Counted from the first letter of the stretch, positions 1-8,300 are shown. The stretch: DNA of 50,189 nucleotides from an uncultured Candidatus Saccharibacteria bacterium (GCA_964419595.1 CAYQQI010000001.1:1-50189); one strand, 5' to 3'. A program made the numbers and translations. Notes: a model not told the origin generated them from the sequence alone.

Positions 1-2
1 AC

Positions 3-158
3 TTATCCGTGGTCGCCTTTTGAACTTCCTTCGTGGTCCCATTCGCGCACGTCGCTGCAAGATGAACTTGCGTTCACGACAATGCAGATTGCGAGGAGAC
101 TCAGCCAGAATGCCCAGCCTTTCGGCTGCGAAACGGGTGTCATGGTTGCCGTTGTCAT
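3..158 (-). CDS. hypothetical small hydrophobic peptide (51 aa)
   Basis: Not in the ORF track (<60 aa). Minus-strand ATG at 158..156 is preceded by AAGGAGGTG plus 7 nt. It reads MTTATMTPVSQPKGWAFWLSLLAICIVVNASSSCSDVREWDHEGSSKGDHG, with TAA at 5..3. It has one hydrophobic helix. Confidence 0.35.
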   Translation of the reverse strand: MTTATMTPVSQPKGWAFWLSLLAICIVVNASSSCSDVREWDHEGSSKGDHG

Positions 159-261
159 GTGTATTCACCTCCTTTCCGGGGGTCTAAAACACCTCCTTTT
201 TTATCCTACGCAGGCTCGAGTTCTTGTCAAAGAGTTAGCGAAGCATGCTATGCAAGTAAAC

Positions 262-290
262 AAAAAACCCCGGCGAGTGGCCGGGGTTTT
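262..290. terminator. intrinsic terminator hairpin (A-run / CCCCGGC-loop-GCCGGGG / T-run)
   Basis: A 7-bp GC stem (268-274 pairs with 280-286) is flanked by A6 and T4. It lies directly at the stop of the minus-strand CDS 289..507. Confidence 0.6.
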
Positions 291-507
291 AGCTACCGCC
301 GCCGTCTCCTCCTCCGCCATCACCTCCACCGTCTCCCGCTGAGAGGGAATCGAGCCAGCTTCCACTGTTATCCGGAGTGTCCGGCACTTTTGTGCTGTCG
401 TTGGCTGCACCCGCACCGCCTATAAGCGCAGCGCTGCCGGCAGAACCGTCATCACTCTTGCGGCCCTTTGCATCTTTCTTTGATCTTAAAAAGTCGAAGA
501 AACCCAT
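289..507 (-). CDS. hypothetical small protein with Gly/Asp-rich C-terminal tail
   Basis: Trimmed from ORF 289..540 to the ATG at 507. It reads MGFFDFLRSKKDAKGRK...SGSWLDSLSAGDGGGDGGGGDGGGS, and the terminator hairpin overlaps the stop. Confidence 0.45.
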   Translation of the reverse strand: MGFFDFLRSKKDAKGRKSDDGSAGSAALIGGAGAANDSTKVPDTPDNSGSWLDSLSAGDGGGDGGGGDGGGS

Positions 508-613
508 ATGCCGACAGTATAGCAAAATGCATTCATGCAAAGCGAAACGAAAGAGTTCCGACAGTGTTCATGTGGGAGCGGTATACTCTCCCGATATCAC
601 TAACATTTCTCAG

Positions 614-973
614 ATGAAAAAATTCTTAGCCATATACATGGGTACAATGGACGACGAGAAGTTCAAGGCGTTCAACGCGATGCCGGAAGAGGACCGAAAG
701 AAAACAGATGCAGCGGGAATGGCGGCGTGGGGTGCATGGATGGGCGAGCATGCCGCACGCATAAAGGATCAGGGCGGACCGCTCGGTAAAACGAAACAGA
801 CGGACCGGGGAGGCGTCACTGATATAAAGAACAAGATGTCGGGCTACGTAATTCTTGAAGCTGAGAGCCACGAAGAAGCGGCACAGATGTTCGAGAACCA
901 CCCGCATTTTATGATCTTCCCCGGTACGAGCGTGGAGATCATGGAGATCCTCGACATGCCGCGAGAGAAATAA
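614..973 (+). CDS. YCII-like (dimeric alpha/beta-barrel) family protein
   Basis: Trimmed from ORF 377..973 to MKKFLAIYMG. The pattern GGPLG...SGYVILEAESHEEAAQMFENHPHF...SVEIMEI resembles the YCII/DGPF family. A paralog lies at 1550..1894. Confidence 0.65.
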   Translation: MKKFLAIYMGTMDDEKFKAFNAMPEEDRKKTDAAGMAAWGAWMGEHAARIKDQGGPLGKTKQTDRGGVTDIKNKMSGYVILEAESHEEAAQMFENHPHFMIFPGTSVEIMEILDMPREK

Positions 974-1001
974 AGTCCGGTAAGGAAAGCTGCCAAAAAG
1001 C

Positions 1002-1032
1002 AAAAAAGCCCGGAGCGGCGCTCCGGGCTTTT
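1002..1032. terminator. bidirectional intrinsic terminator
   Basis: The sequence is AAAAAA-GCCCGGAGC-ggc-GCTCCGGGC-TTTT. It lies between the convergent genes 614..973 (+) and 1051..1428 (-). Confidence 0.7.
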
Positions 1033-1050
1033 CATCTGTCGTTGCCTGCG

Positions 1051-1428
1051 CTACACGAGCGCGGCCTTGAGCACGCTCAGGAGGCGTACGATGTTGATCA
1101 CCTGGCCTGAGACCATGAGCGACTTCGGGCTCTCGTTCATCAGCAGCAATTGTCGAGTGTTGAGCCACACTTTCATCGCCGCCGAGTCGTTGCTGAAGCG
1201 CTTCCCGAGATACGCCTTGATCTCATACATGCTGTCGCAGCGCGGAATGAGGAACTCGGAATCCAGGAACCGGAGCTGCTGCTTGAGCCGTGCCTGATCG
1301 TTGTCGACCGACTGATAGTGACCCATCGTAGTGGCTTGCTCGTTGGGGGTGAATCCCATGCTACCAAGGAACTTCAAGACCTCGTCGATTGCTTCGATGC
1401 GGTTCGCTGCGATGTGTCCCTGAGCCAT
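1051..1428 (-). CDS. hypothetical protein; C-terminus resembles the DUF2384 / Xre-MbcA-ParS antitoxin toxin-binding domain
   Basis: Trimmed to the ATG at 1428, which is preceded by GGAGGA plus 6 nt. The C-terminal WLNTRQLLLMNESPKSLMVSGQVINIVRLLSVLK follows the W.NT....L.G.SP..L pattern of DUF2384. No RES/ART toxin gene lies adjacent. Confidence 0.45.
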   Translation of the reverse strand: MAQGHIAANRIEAIDEVLKFLGSMGFTPNEQATTMGHYQSVDNDQARLKQQLRFLDSEFLIPRCDSMYEIKAYLGKRFSNDSAAMKVWLNTRQLLLMNESPKSLMVSGQVINIVRLLSVLKAALV

Positions 1429-1549
1429 GGCTATTCCTCCTCTGCCACCGCGACTGTAGCTTGGCTGCGCATCCGCCGCAAGTATATTCACGAAGTATAA
1501 ATGTCGCGATTTGATATAGTGTCGGAACTAATAATAAACAGAGCACACT

Positions 1550-1894
1550 ATGAAATTCGTCGTTATGTATCGCGTTCCGGTAGAAACGATGCAGGAGTGG
1601 ATGAAAAACGCGCAGTCCGAAGAGATGGTCGCGCAGGGGAAACAGATGGAAGCCGATATGAATGCGTGGTTTGCACGCAACGAGAGCAAGATGCTGGATA
1701 AGGGCCTCCCGCTCGGCAAAAACACGCGCATGACAAAAGACGGTTCCGAGCAGATTTCGAACGACCTGATGATGTACCACGTGGTAGAGGCAGAGAAAGT
1801 GGAAGATGTTGTGGAAATGTTCAAAGACAATCCGCACTTCACCATCCCGACCGCGTACCTCGACATCATGGCCGTTACGCACACAGGAATGTAA
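1550..1894 (+). CDS. YCII-like family protein (paralog of 614..973)
   Basis: MKFVVMYRVP...KGLPLGKNTRM...MMYHVVEAEKVEDVVEMFKDNPHF aligns by eye with 614..973. Confidence 0.65.
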   Translation: MKFVVMYRVPVETMQEWMKNAQSEEMVAQGKQMEADMNAWFARNESKMLDKGLPLGKNTRMTKDGSEQISNDLMMYHVVEAEKVEDVVEMFKDNPHFTIPTAYLDIMAVTHTGM

Positions 1895-1924
1895 ACCACC
1901 CCGTTTCGCAACGATACTCGAGAG

Positions 1925-1962
1925 AAACATTCTCACATTCTGCAGAATGTGAGAATGTTTTT
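1925..1962 (+). terminator. intrinsic terminator (16-bp perfect stem)
   Basis: The sequence is AACATTCTCACATTC-tgca-GAATGTGAGAATGTT followed by TTTTT, just after the stop at 1894. Confidence 0.8.
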
Positions 1963-2056
1963 AAGTTGAGTAGGGTTTGACACAAGAGTCGGGAATGGGC
2001 AGTGTGGTATCTGGTTGAAATAAGCTCTTCACCGAGGAGCAGAACGGGAGGCGAAC

Positions 2057-2746
2057 ATGACCCGCGGATACGCATTCTTTGTAGCGCTATGCCTGTTTGT
2101 CTTTGCTACGGGGCCCGCGCGTGCGCAGGCGCCAAAGCCTGCCATCGTGTGCGAGAACGGCTTGTGGAGTCCGCTCTCGGCTGCGCAGATAGCCGCGCAC
2201 GAACTGGAAGCGCGTATTGCGCACTTCAGTGCCGCGGCGACTGGGGCAAAGCTCGGCAATACCTACGAGCTCAAGATCATTCCGCTCGATTGCCCGATCT
2301 CCGGCTATGCCATCCGGTCCATCAAAACAAGCCCGGGTATCCCCGCCATTCCGTTCAATATCTTGCCGACATACAACGTGTATGTGACGGTGGCCTATCT
2401 GCGTAACAAGCTCGAATTGGAAGACCTTGCGCGCGACGCTCGCAAGCAGGTTTGCCTAATCCGCAGCGGCATTGTGGATGCGGTTCAACGCGGCGATGAT
2501 CCGAAGGAAAGTCCGCTCTTGAGGCGCTGCATGCTGGAAGAGGCGGTTGTTGCGGGTGACACGCAATACGCCTCGTGGCTTGCTCGTGGATCGGGTGTGC
2601 AGGTCCCAACAGGCCGCACCAGAGCGAACGAGAACGGTTCAGTCCTGCAGCACATCATCGAGCAGTTGAAGGACTTTCCCGACGGACTGCCGCCGGGCTC
2701 CATCAAAGCGCTGGAGAGTCTGCGCGACTCTCTTCCGAAACAGTAA
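2057..2746 (+). CDS. secreted hypothetical protein
   Basis: The ATG is preceded by GGGAGG plus 5 nt. The N-terminus MTRGYAFFVALCLFVFATGPARAQA looks like a Sec signal peptide. Confidence 0.7.
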   Translation: MTRGYAFFVALCLFVFATGPARAQAPKPAIVCENGLWSPLSAAQIAAHELEARIAHFSAAATGAKLGNTYELKIIPLDCPISGYAIRSIKTSPGIPAIPFNILPTYNVYVTVAYLRNKLELEDLARDARKQVCLIRSGIVDAVQRGDDPKESPLLRRCMLEEAVVAGDTQYASWLARGSGVQVPTGRTRANENGSVLQHIIEQLKDFPDGLPPGSIKALESLRDSLPKQ

Positions 2747-2767
2747 GTCGCCGTGTGGCGCATCAGA

Positions 2768-2793
2768 AACCCCGGCTGCGCGCCGGGGTTTTG
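2768..2793 (+). terminator. intrinsic terminator
   Basis: The sequence is AACCCCGGC-tgcgc-GCCGGGGTT followed by TT..T, after the stop at 2746. Confidence 0.7.
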
Positions 2794-2811
2794 TCTATAT
2801 AATGGGCGGAT

Positions 2812-3054
2812 ATGGCCACGAACACGATGTGCGAGAGCTGCATGATGCCGTTCAAGAAAGACACGGGCGTGCGGGAATCCGAGCAGTATTGCAGCCTCTG
2901 CTTCCAGAACGGTCGGCTCAATTATCAGGGTGAGAACCTCAAAGAATTTCAGGACATCGTTTACAAATCGATGCGCTCACGCGGCGAGCGTTGGCTTTTC
3001 TCTCGTTTTGCGGTCTTTATGATTCGCTTTGCACCGCGCTGGAGCGGGAAATAA
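2812..3054 (+). CDS. putative zinc-ribbon domain protein
   Basis: CESCMMP...EQYCSLCFQNGRLNY gives a CxxC...CxxC arrangement typical of the 'putative zinc ribbon' family. Confidence 0.6.
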   Translation: MATNTMCESCMMPFKKDTGVRESEQYCSLCFQNGRLNYQGENLKEFQDIVYKSMRSRGERWLFSRFAVFMIRFAPRWSGK

Positions 3055-3065
3055 ACAAATATCAT

Positions 3066-3602
3066 ATGAAATGGCAGCAGGTCTACAAATTCTGGTTCAA
3101 AGACAACGGTCAAAAACAATGGTTCCAAAAGAGCACGTCATTCGACCGTGAGATTCGCAGGAAATTCCTCGCTACCTACGAAGCCGCTGTTCGCGGAGAA
3201 CTCTCACACTGGCGCACGAGTGCAAAGGGAAGGCTCGCTGAGATTATCGTACTCGATCAGTTTGCACGCAATATGTTCCGTGGTGAGGCACAAGCGTTCG
3301 CGTATGACCCGCTCGCACTCGCGCTTGCGCAAGAAGCGATACGTGCCGGCGCACCGCAGCGATTCTCTAAATTCCAGAAACTCTTCCTCTACCTGCCGTT
3401 CATGCACAGCGAGTCAAAGAAAGTCCAGGTAACATCCGTACGGTTGTTCAAGACACTCAAGGATAAAGAGGTCACGTATTTCGCGAACGACCACAAAAAG
3501 GTGGTCGACCGTTTCGGTCGATTTCCGCACCGCAATGCCGCCCGCAAACTCAAAAGCACCCCCGCGGAAAAGAAGTTCATGCTGACACACAAGGGGTACT
3601 GA
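3066..3602 (+). CDS. DUF924 family protein
   Basis: Trimmed from 2991 to the ATG at 3066. FWF...WF...FD.EIR..F and RLAEIIVLDQFARNMFRG are DUF924 hallmarks. Confidence 0.75.
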   Translation: MKWQQVYKFWFKDNGQKQWFQKSTSFDREIRRKFLATYEAAVRGELSHWRTSAKGRLAEIIVLDQFARNMFRGEAQAFAYDPLALALAQEAIRAGAPQRFSKFQKLFLYLPFMHSESKKVQVTSVRLFKTLKDKEVTYFANDHKKVVDRFGRFPHRNAARKLKSTPAEKKFMLTHKGY

Positions 3603-3606
3603 ACCT

Positions 3607-3951
3607 ATGAACATACTACTCAAGCTCGAGTACGCGGCCCTTTTAGGGCTCTCCGTGTTTCTCTTCGCGATGCTTCCGTTCGCCTGGTGGTGGTATCCCG
3701 TGCTTTTGCTCGTGCCGGATATCGGCATGCTCGGGTACCTGGTGAACCCACGCATCGGAGCGATCACCTACAATGCCACGCATTGGATGGTACTCGCCGT
3801 CGCACTCTTTATATTCGGCTACTTTTACGGGTATCCGCTCATTGCACTCGCGGGCGCAATAATGCTCGGGCACTCCTCGATGGACAGGATTCTCGGCTAT
3901 GGACTCAAATATAACGACTCCTTCAAGCGCACGCATCTGGGGATGCTTTGA
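3607..3951 (+). CDS. DUF4260-like integral membrane protein
   Basis: It has 3-4 hydrophobic helices. LVPDIGMLGYL...YNATH...GHSSMDRILGYGLKY matches my recollection of DUF4260. Confidence 0.65.
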   Translation: MNILLKLEYAALLGLSVFLFAMLPFAWWWYPVLLLVPDIGMLGYLVNPRIGAITYNATHWMVLAVALFIFGYFYGYPLIALAGAIMLGHSSMDRILGYGLKYNDSFKRTHLGML

Positions 3952-4002
3952 CATATCGTGCGGCGGGGCTAGTCTGGGGGCAGTGAAGCGCAGGAGCCCG
4001 CA

Positions 4003-4461
4003 ATGGCAGACACAAATAACCTCGTAGATTTCCGTGCACGACATGCGCAAAAGCAGGATGACGAGCGCGCGGCGGCGGCGTATCTCGAGCAGCTCAAGCA
4101 AGTCGCGGATTTTATTGCAGAAGCCGCTGGTGAAGGGGACTATGACCCGCAGAGGATTTCCGACGACAATGAGTTTCTCTTCAAACACAACGATGTCTCG
4201 GAGCGTGCCGCCGGCGTTTCCGAACGAGTCCTCGCACACTTGTTCCACCATCTTCGCTCAAAAGAGACTCGGCGTTTGATTCACCTGAAGCGTAAGCCCA
4301 TGCGAAACTCGTCGCTCGAATCGCTTTGCGACAAGCTCAACAACAGCACGGCGCCGCTCTGGGAGCTGGAATTCATCTATTTCGCGGCGCTTGCCATCGA
4401 ATACGAGCGGCGAATGGCCTACATCGTGCTCATGGGCACAACGGGAGGCTCAATGCTCTGA
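4003..4461 (+). CDS. hypothetical protein
   Basis: The ORF is 152 aa. The ATG is preceded by AGGAG plus 6 nt, and a terminator follows. Confidence 0.6.
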   Translation: MADTNNLVDFRARHAQKQDDERAAAAYLEQLKQVADFIAEAAGEGDYDPQRISDDNEFLFKHNDVSERAAGVSERVLAHLFHHLRSKETRRLIHLKRKPMRNSSLESLCDKLNNSTAPLWELEFIYFAALAIEYERRMAYIVLMGTTGGSML

Positions 4462-4471
4462 ACCGGTACCG

Positions 4472-4499
4472 AAAACGATCGCCACGCGCGATCGTTTTT
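4472..4499 (+). terminator. intrinsic terminator
   Basis: The sequence is ACGATCGC-cacgc-GCGATCGT followed by TTTT. Confidence 0.7.
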
Positions 4500-4521
4500 G
4501 TTTTGCGTTACAATCCCTGCC

Positions 4522-5052
4522 ATGGAACACGCGGCATTTTTACTCGGTATCAACGTGGGTCGTCGTATCGTGAAAATGGCAGCTCTGCAGGAGCTTATCG
4601 AGAAAGAGGGATATACGGATGTGCGCACGTATCTTGCGAGCGGCAACGTCCGCTTTGAGGCCGGAAAGCAGAGCCCGGCATCGATCGTGAAGAAACTTGA
4701 GCCCGCGCTGGAAAAGCAATTCGGTTTCAAAATTGAGATCATTCTACGCACGGTCAAAGAATTGGAGAACATGCTGAAGGCAGACCCGTTCAAAAAGATA
4801 CCGGTGGGGAAGAGCACGCGACTCTACGTGACCTTCCTCGCGCAGAAACCCCTGAAACCTGAAAAGCCTCGAAAGGTGTCACCGCAGTACGAAATACTGA
4901 AAGTCACACCCGGCGAGGTGTATTCGCATCTCGAGATATCGGAGCGCTTCAAAACACCCGACATTATGAAAGAAATGGGGAATTCCTACGGAAAGAAGAT
5001 AACAACCCGCAACTGGAACACTCTTCGTAAGATAGTGGACTCCGAGGGCTGA
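4522..5052 (+). CDS. DUF1697 family protein
   Basis: Trimmed to MEHAAFLLGINVGRRIVKMAALQELIEKEGYTDVRTYLASGNVRF, which is the typical DUF1697 N-terminus. Confidence 0.75.
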   Translation: MEHAAFLLGINVGRRIVKMAALQELIEKEGYTDVRTYLASGNVRFEAGKQSPASIVKKLEPALEKQFGFKIEIILRTVKELENMLKADPFKKIPVGKSTRLYVTFLAQKPLKPEKPRKVSPQYEILKVTPGEVYSHLEISERFKTPDIMKEMGNSYGKKITTRNWNTLRKIVDSEG

Positions 5053-5056
5053 AAAG

Positions 5057-5085
5057 TTGCCTTTTTCGGCCATCTGGTGCATACT
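5057..5085 (+). promoter_or_regulatory. candidate sigma70-like promoter for rpsJ (TTGCCT-17-CATACT)
   Basis: The hexamers have 17-nt spacing. The predicted transcription start lies only a few nt before the rpsJ ATG, so the mRNA would be nearly leaderless. Confidence 0.3.
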
Positions 5086-5096
5086 CTGCGGGTTCT

Positions 5097-5459
5097 ATGA
5101 CAGCGGAAAAGACGGCTAAGAAGCGCGCCCCGCGCGCAAAGAAGGGTGAGGGAACTCATCGCCTTCGCATTCGTGTACGTGCATACGAGCACGGCGTTTT
5201 GGACAAGTCCGTCAAACAGATCATCGACACCGCGGCCCGCTATAATGCGACCGTTGTCGGCCCCGTTCCGCTCCCCATCGACATCCGAAAATACACCGTC
5301 AATCGCTCCTCTTTCATTGATAAAGACTCCCGCGAACAGTTCGAAATGCGCATTCACAAGCGCATGATCGACATCCTGAATCCCGAGGCAAAGGTCATTG
5401 AGGCGCTCACCAATATCGATTTGCCCTCCGGTGTATCAATCGACGTCAAAATGATGTAG
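5097..5459 (+). CDS. rpsJ: 30S ribosomal protein S10 (uS10)
   Basis: RLRIRVRAYEHGVLDKSVKQIIDTAARYNATVVGPVPLP...REQFEMRIHKRMIDI is a canonical S10 core. There is a short basic N-terminal extension. Confidence 0.97.
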   Translation: MTAEKTAKKRAPRAKKGEGTHRLRIRVRAYEHGVLDKSVKQIIDTAARYNATVVGPVPLPIDIRKYTVNRSSFIDKDSREQFEMRIHKRMIDILNPEAKVIEALTNIDLPSGVSIDVKMM

Positions 5460-5481
5460 TCCGAAATGGACCCAGGGATCA

Positions 5482-5509
5482 GGTCTCCGAAAGGGGACTT
5501 TTTCTTTTT
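5482..5509 (+). terminator. intrinsic terminator directly after rpsJ
   Basis: The sequence is GTCTCC-gaaa-GGGGAC (one G.U pair) followed by TTTTTCTTTTT. Confidence 0.6.
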
Positions 5510-5521
5510 GGAGCCGGAGCG

Positions 5522-6613
5522 TTACTCGCCCCGCGATCGTGCCGCTTTGAGCGCCTCCAGGCATTCGTTCCTCTCCTCTGCAGACACTTTCGTACACAGT
5601 GTTCCGGCTTCAATACCCTTTCCGTAATTAATGTATTTTTCAAGCATTCCTGAAACGCAGGATACGCGGTCAAGACGGTCGGAGAGTCCAAGACAAAGCC
5701 GCTCCACCTGCGCGTAGTCCTCAAGATTTTCCTGTATGACCGCACCGTCGTTCCCGAGGCCGTTGAAACAATACGACCGCGCCAAACCGCTGAGCGTTCC
5801 GCACGCCCGGGCGCCTTCCTCGCGTATGTATTCAGGCGACACAGCTGATGTTTCGTTCAGATGCAGGCCGGTCAAAAAAGCGAAACAGGCGCGTTGATAC
5901 GGCGCTGCATATGTTGAACAGGGGTAGAGGTAGTCGTTTGCATCGGTATGAACAGAGGGTTCGTGAAATTTGACCGATAGATCGGAACCGAAACTTTCCA
6001 TGAATACACCGCGAAAACAGCTATCACGACGCGTCCCGCTTGCCATCTTTTCGCAGACCGAAAGGCTTTTCGACACGTCCGAGGTCGCAAGGAACAGGAC
6101 GTGGCCGATGCCGTGGCACAATTGTCCGGATGCGTCGCAGTATTTGCTTCCCGCGCCACGAATTATTTCATCATCCGCATGCACCAGGTCTTCCGTAGCG
6201 GCAAGGCCGGGCGCAGAAGACATAGACTCGGCAATAACACCGTGCAAGCATCCTGAGCCGCATATCGGACTGCACGCGGCGAGCGCAGACTCAATGGAAC
6301 CCTCTTGTCGGGCGAGTGACTCTCCGATGATATGACCGATACTGTGACAATTCGACGCGAGCGCTCGCGCTGATGTGCTTGCGCTCGCATACGCCAATAT
6401 TTCCGCCGCGGAATGTGCCGGTAACAAATCGTGCAGCGTGCTCGTGAGGCACGAAGCATTCGGCGCGGCGTACGCTGATGGTGTCGCAAAACATCGAGAC
6501 AATGATCGGAGAGATCGTCCGTCCTTCATTTCAGTGTATCGAACGCCGCACACGACGATTGCCACACAAACAACCGCAGTGCCTATCAGCAGCAGGGAGC
6601 GGGACATCCTCAT
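5522..6613 (-). CDS. membrane-anchored Cys/His-rich repeat protein (paralog family, copy 1)
   Basis: Trimmed to MRMSRSLLLIGTAVVCVAIVVCGV (TM anchor). It has repeated motifs CHSIGHIIGE, CGSGCLHGV, CHGIGHVLF, SCFRGVF and YCFNGLG. Its ATG overlaps the stop of the upstream small ORF (ATGA). Confidence 0.75.
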   Translation of the reverse strand: MRMSRSLLLIGTAVVCVAIVVCGVRYTEMKDGRSLRSLSRCFATPSAYAAPNASCLTSTLHDLLPAHSAAEILAYASASTSARALASNCHSIGHIIGESLARQEGSIESALAACSPICGSGCLHGVIAESMSSAPGLAATEDLVHADDEIIRGAGSKYCDASGQLCHGIGHVLFLATSDVSKSLSVCEKMASGTRRDSCFRGVFMESFGSDLSVKFHEPSVHTDANDYLYPCSTYAAPYQRACFAFLTGLHLNETSAVSPEYIREEGARACGTLSGLARSYCFNGLGNDGAVIQENLEDYAQVERLCLGLSDRLDRVSCVSGMLEKYINYGKGIEAGTLCTKVSAEERNECLEALKAARSRGE

Positions 6614-6810
6614 GGCCTGCCATCTGTACGGTGTTTGTACTCCCGCAGCAGGTGGATGATGACCGCGATAAACACGATCACCCACAGGATTTGCCACATC
6701 ATCTTGATCAGAGTGAGATGCTCCGATAGGAATACCTGCATGGGTAGGAGGTGTGCCGGTGCATTTCCGGTGAGCGCTTTCAGTGCAATGATCGGCGTCG
6801 ATGTATTCAT
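6610..6810 (-). CDS. small single-pass membrane protein coupled to the HTTM gene (copy 1)
   Basis: MNTSTPIIALKALTGNAPAHLLPMQ...WQILWVIVFIAVIIHLL is homologous by eye to 25404..25592 (MNTPLLILKDLQGNDPVSLTPLQ...). It occupies the same position downstream of an HTTM-like gene. Confidence 0.65.
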   Translation of the reverse strand: MNTSTPIIALKALTGNAPAHLLPMQVFLSEHLTLIKMMWQILWVIVFIAVIIHLLREYKHRTDGRP

Positions 6811-6819
6811 ACGGAGATA

Positions 6820-8244
6820 TTAGTCGCGGTACTTATTTTCTACAGGGTATCCGACGAGCGGTGCTTCGGGGGGTAATTTAATCCACTCGTTATGTACGAA
6901 CGGCATGTATTCAAGAGCGCACATATCAGGTTCGTTGATCATACGGTAAAACGGTCCGCCGTTGACCGAGTGCTCGAATACGAGTGCCACTTTTTGGACG
7001 CCTTCCAATGCGCACGCATGTTGTATCCTTGTCCACCAGTCATACGGATCGCAGCGATAGAGCGACGAGCCTGATTCATACGTTGTCTCGCGGATACGCA
7101 CCCCACCCTGCGTCGTCGTCTTTGATTGAACGACGCAGTATAAGTCTGTGCATGGTGTCCCGGCCTCGACTTCCATATCGGCTTGATACTGGATCGTGTC
7201 GGTGAGCGGGTCCGAATACACTTTCTGAGAAATTATGCACTGGTGATTTGCCTCAAACATGAACATGCCGTAGCGGTTGCCTTCGAGCGTCATGATGCGC
7301 TCCTCCGCGGGCACGACGAATCCGAGTATTTGAAATGCGCAAATGAATGCGACGATCGCCCAACCCGCGATGGCGCGAAGCGCAAACGGCGTCGGAGTGT
7401 AGCGGTAGAACAGTCCGAAGAGGATCAGCAGTGGAGGAAGCGCCACGCTCGGATACATGTAGTACACAAACAAGCCCGAGTACAGGTGAAAGACGGTGAA
7501 AAACACCAGTGCGATGCGTTGTCGAATTCGATACTTCGAAAGCAGGAACCAGCACCCTACGATTTGAGAGAATATGACGAGGTTGGTAAAGAGCGGGGTA
7601 ACCATCTTCGGTATGAGCGGAAGTCCGTTTTGTAATGAGGTAAAGTACGTTCCAAGGATCCATGTCGAGTCGAGCTTGATGGTCGCGGATACGAAGTAAC
7701 ACACGACGAAAACGATCTTCAAAAAGTATTCCTTGAACGGGACAAAAAGCAGGACCGCCGTCAGGTACAAATGGTAGTAGAAGTACGGCGCATTGATCGA
7801 ATAGGAGAACATAAAGACGACGAGCGCTTCCCACAGAAAAAGAGCGGTCATGAGTGCGTGTGCACGCGTCCACCATTGCTTCCACATGCACCACACGATC
7901 AGATACATCATCGCGTAGAGCACCATATAGAAAATACTCTTGCCGTAGTTCTCTGTCATCCCCGGCAGGAAAAAGAAGTCGGTACAATTCTGGAAATGTG
8001 GCCAGCAATTGGCGGTGCCGCGCGCTACACTCTGAGTCGTTGCGACTGACGTCTTAAGCCACTCGTCGAATACCAGCAAGAAAAACAGGAGCGATGCACC
8101 GAAATACCATTGCAGTGTTTTATTCTCGCGTATTTCTCCGATCGAGAAGACACGCTCGTATGTCATTGCCGCAGTCGCAAACATTCCTTTCATGAAGCGG
8201 GTTACGGACGACCCCGACTCTCTCAACATTGCGCCAGTATACAT
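6820..8244 (-). CDS. HTTM / vitamin K-dependent gamma-carboxylase-like polytopic membrane protein (copy 1)
   Basis: A multi-TM N-terminal half contains SATIKLDSTWILGTYF. It is followed by YGMFMFEANHQC and a soluble C-terminal domain (ALVFEHSVNGGPFYRMINEP) that recalls the VKGC lumenal region. The ORF-track start at 8331 is GTG. I trimmed to the ATG at 8244 (MYTGAM) by alignment with the paralog; 8229 and 8193 are also possible. Confidence 0.6.
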   Translation of the reverse strand: MYTGAMLRESGSSVTRFMKGMFATAAMTYERVFSIGEIRENKTLQWYFGASLLFFLLVFDEWLKTSVATTQSVARGTANCWPHFQNCTDFFFLPGMTENYGKSIFYMVLYAMMYLIVWCMWKQWWTRAHALMTALFLWEALVVFMFSYSINAPYFYYHLYLTAVLLFVPFKEYFLKIVFVVCYFVSATIKLDSTWILGTYFTSLQNGLPLIPKMVTPLFTNLVIFSQIVGCWFLLSKYRIRQRIALVFFTVFHLYSGLFVYYMYPSVALPPLLILFGLFYRYTPTPFALRAIAGWAIVAFICAFQILGFVVPAEERIMTLEGNRYGMFMFEANHQCIISQKVYSDPLTDTIQYQADMEVEAGTPCTDLYCVVQSKTTTQGGVRIRETTYESGSSLYRCDPYDWWTRIQHACALEGVQKVALVFEHSVNGGPFYRMINEPDMCALEYMPFVHNEWIKLPPEAPLVGYPVENKYRD

Positions 8245-8300
8245 GTGAATGTTGCTTCGTTTGAAGTCCTCAAATACCCCTCGTGCTAAACTCGATTGCA

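Noticed and set aside
3643-4251. 202-aa minus-strand ORF (also 626..1168, 1361..1936, 34019..34630, 47415..47849)
   Set aside because: All are antisense to plus-strand genes with family-level support or better start and terminator context. None has its own signals.
7253-8008. 251-aa minus-strand ORF in an alternate frame inside HTTM-1, and plus-strand ORFs 7183..7635 and 7771..8049
   Set aside because: They overlap the HTTM-like gene, whose frame is supported by a paralog and by TM-helix periodicity. The alternative translations are Arg-rich nonsense.
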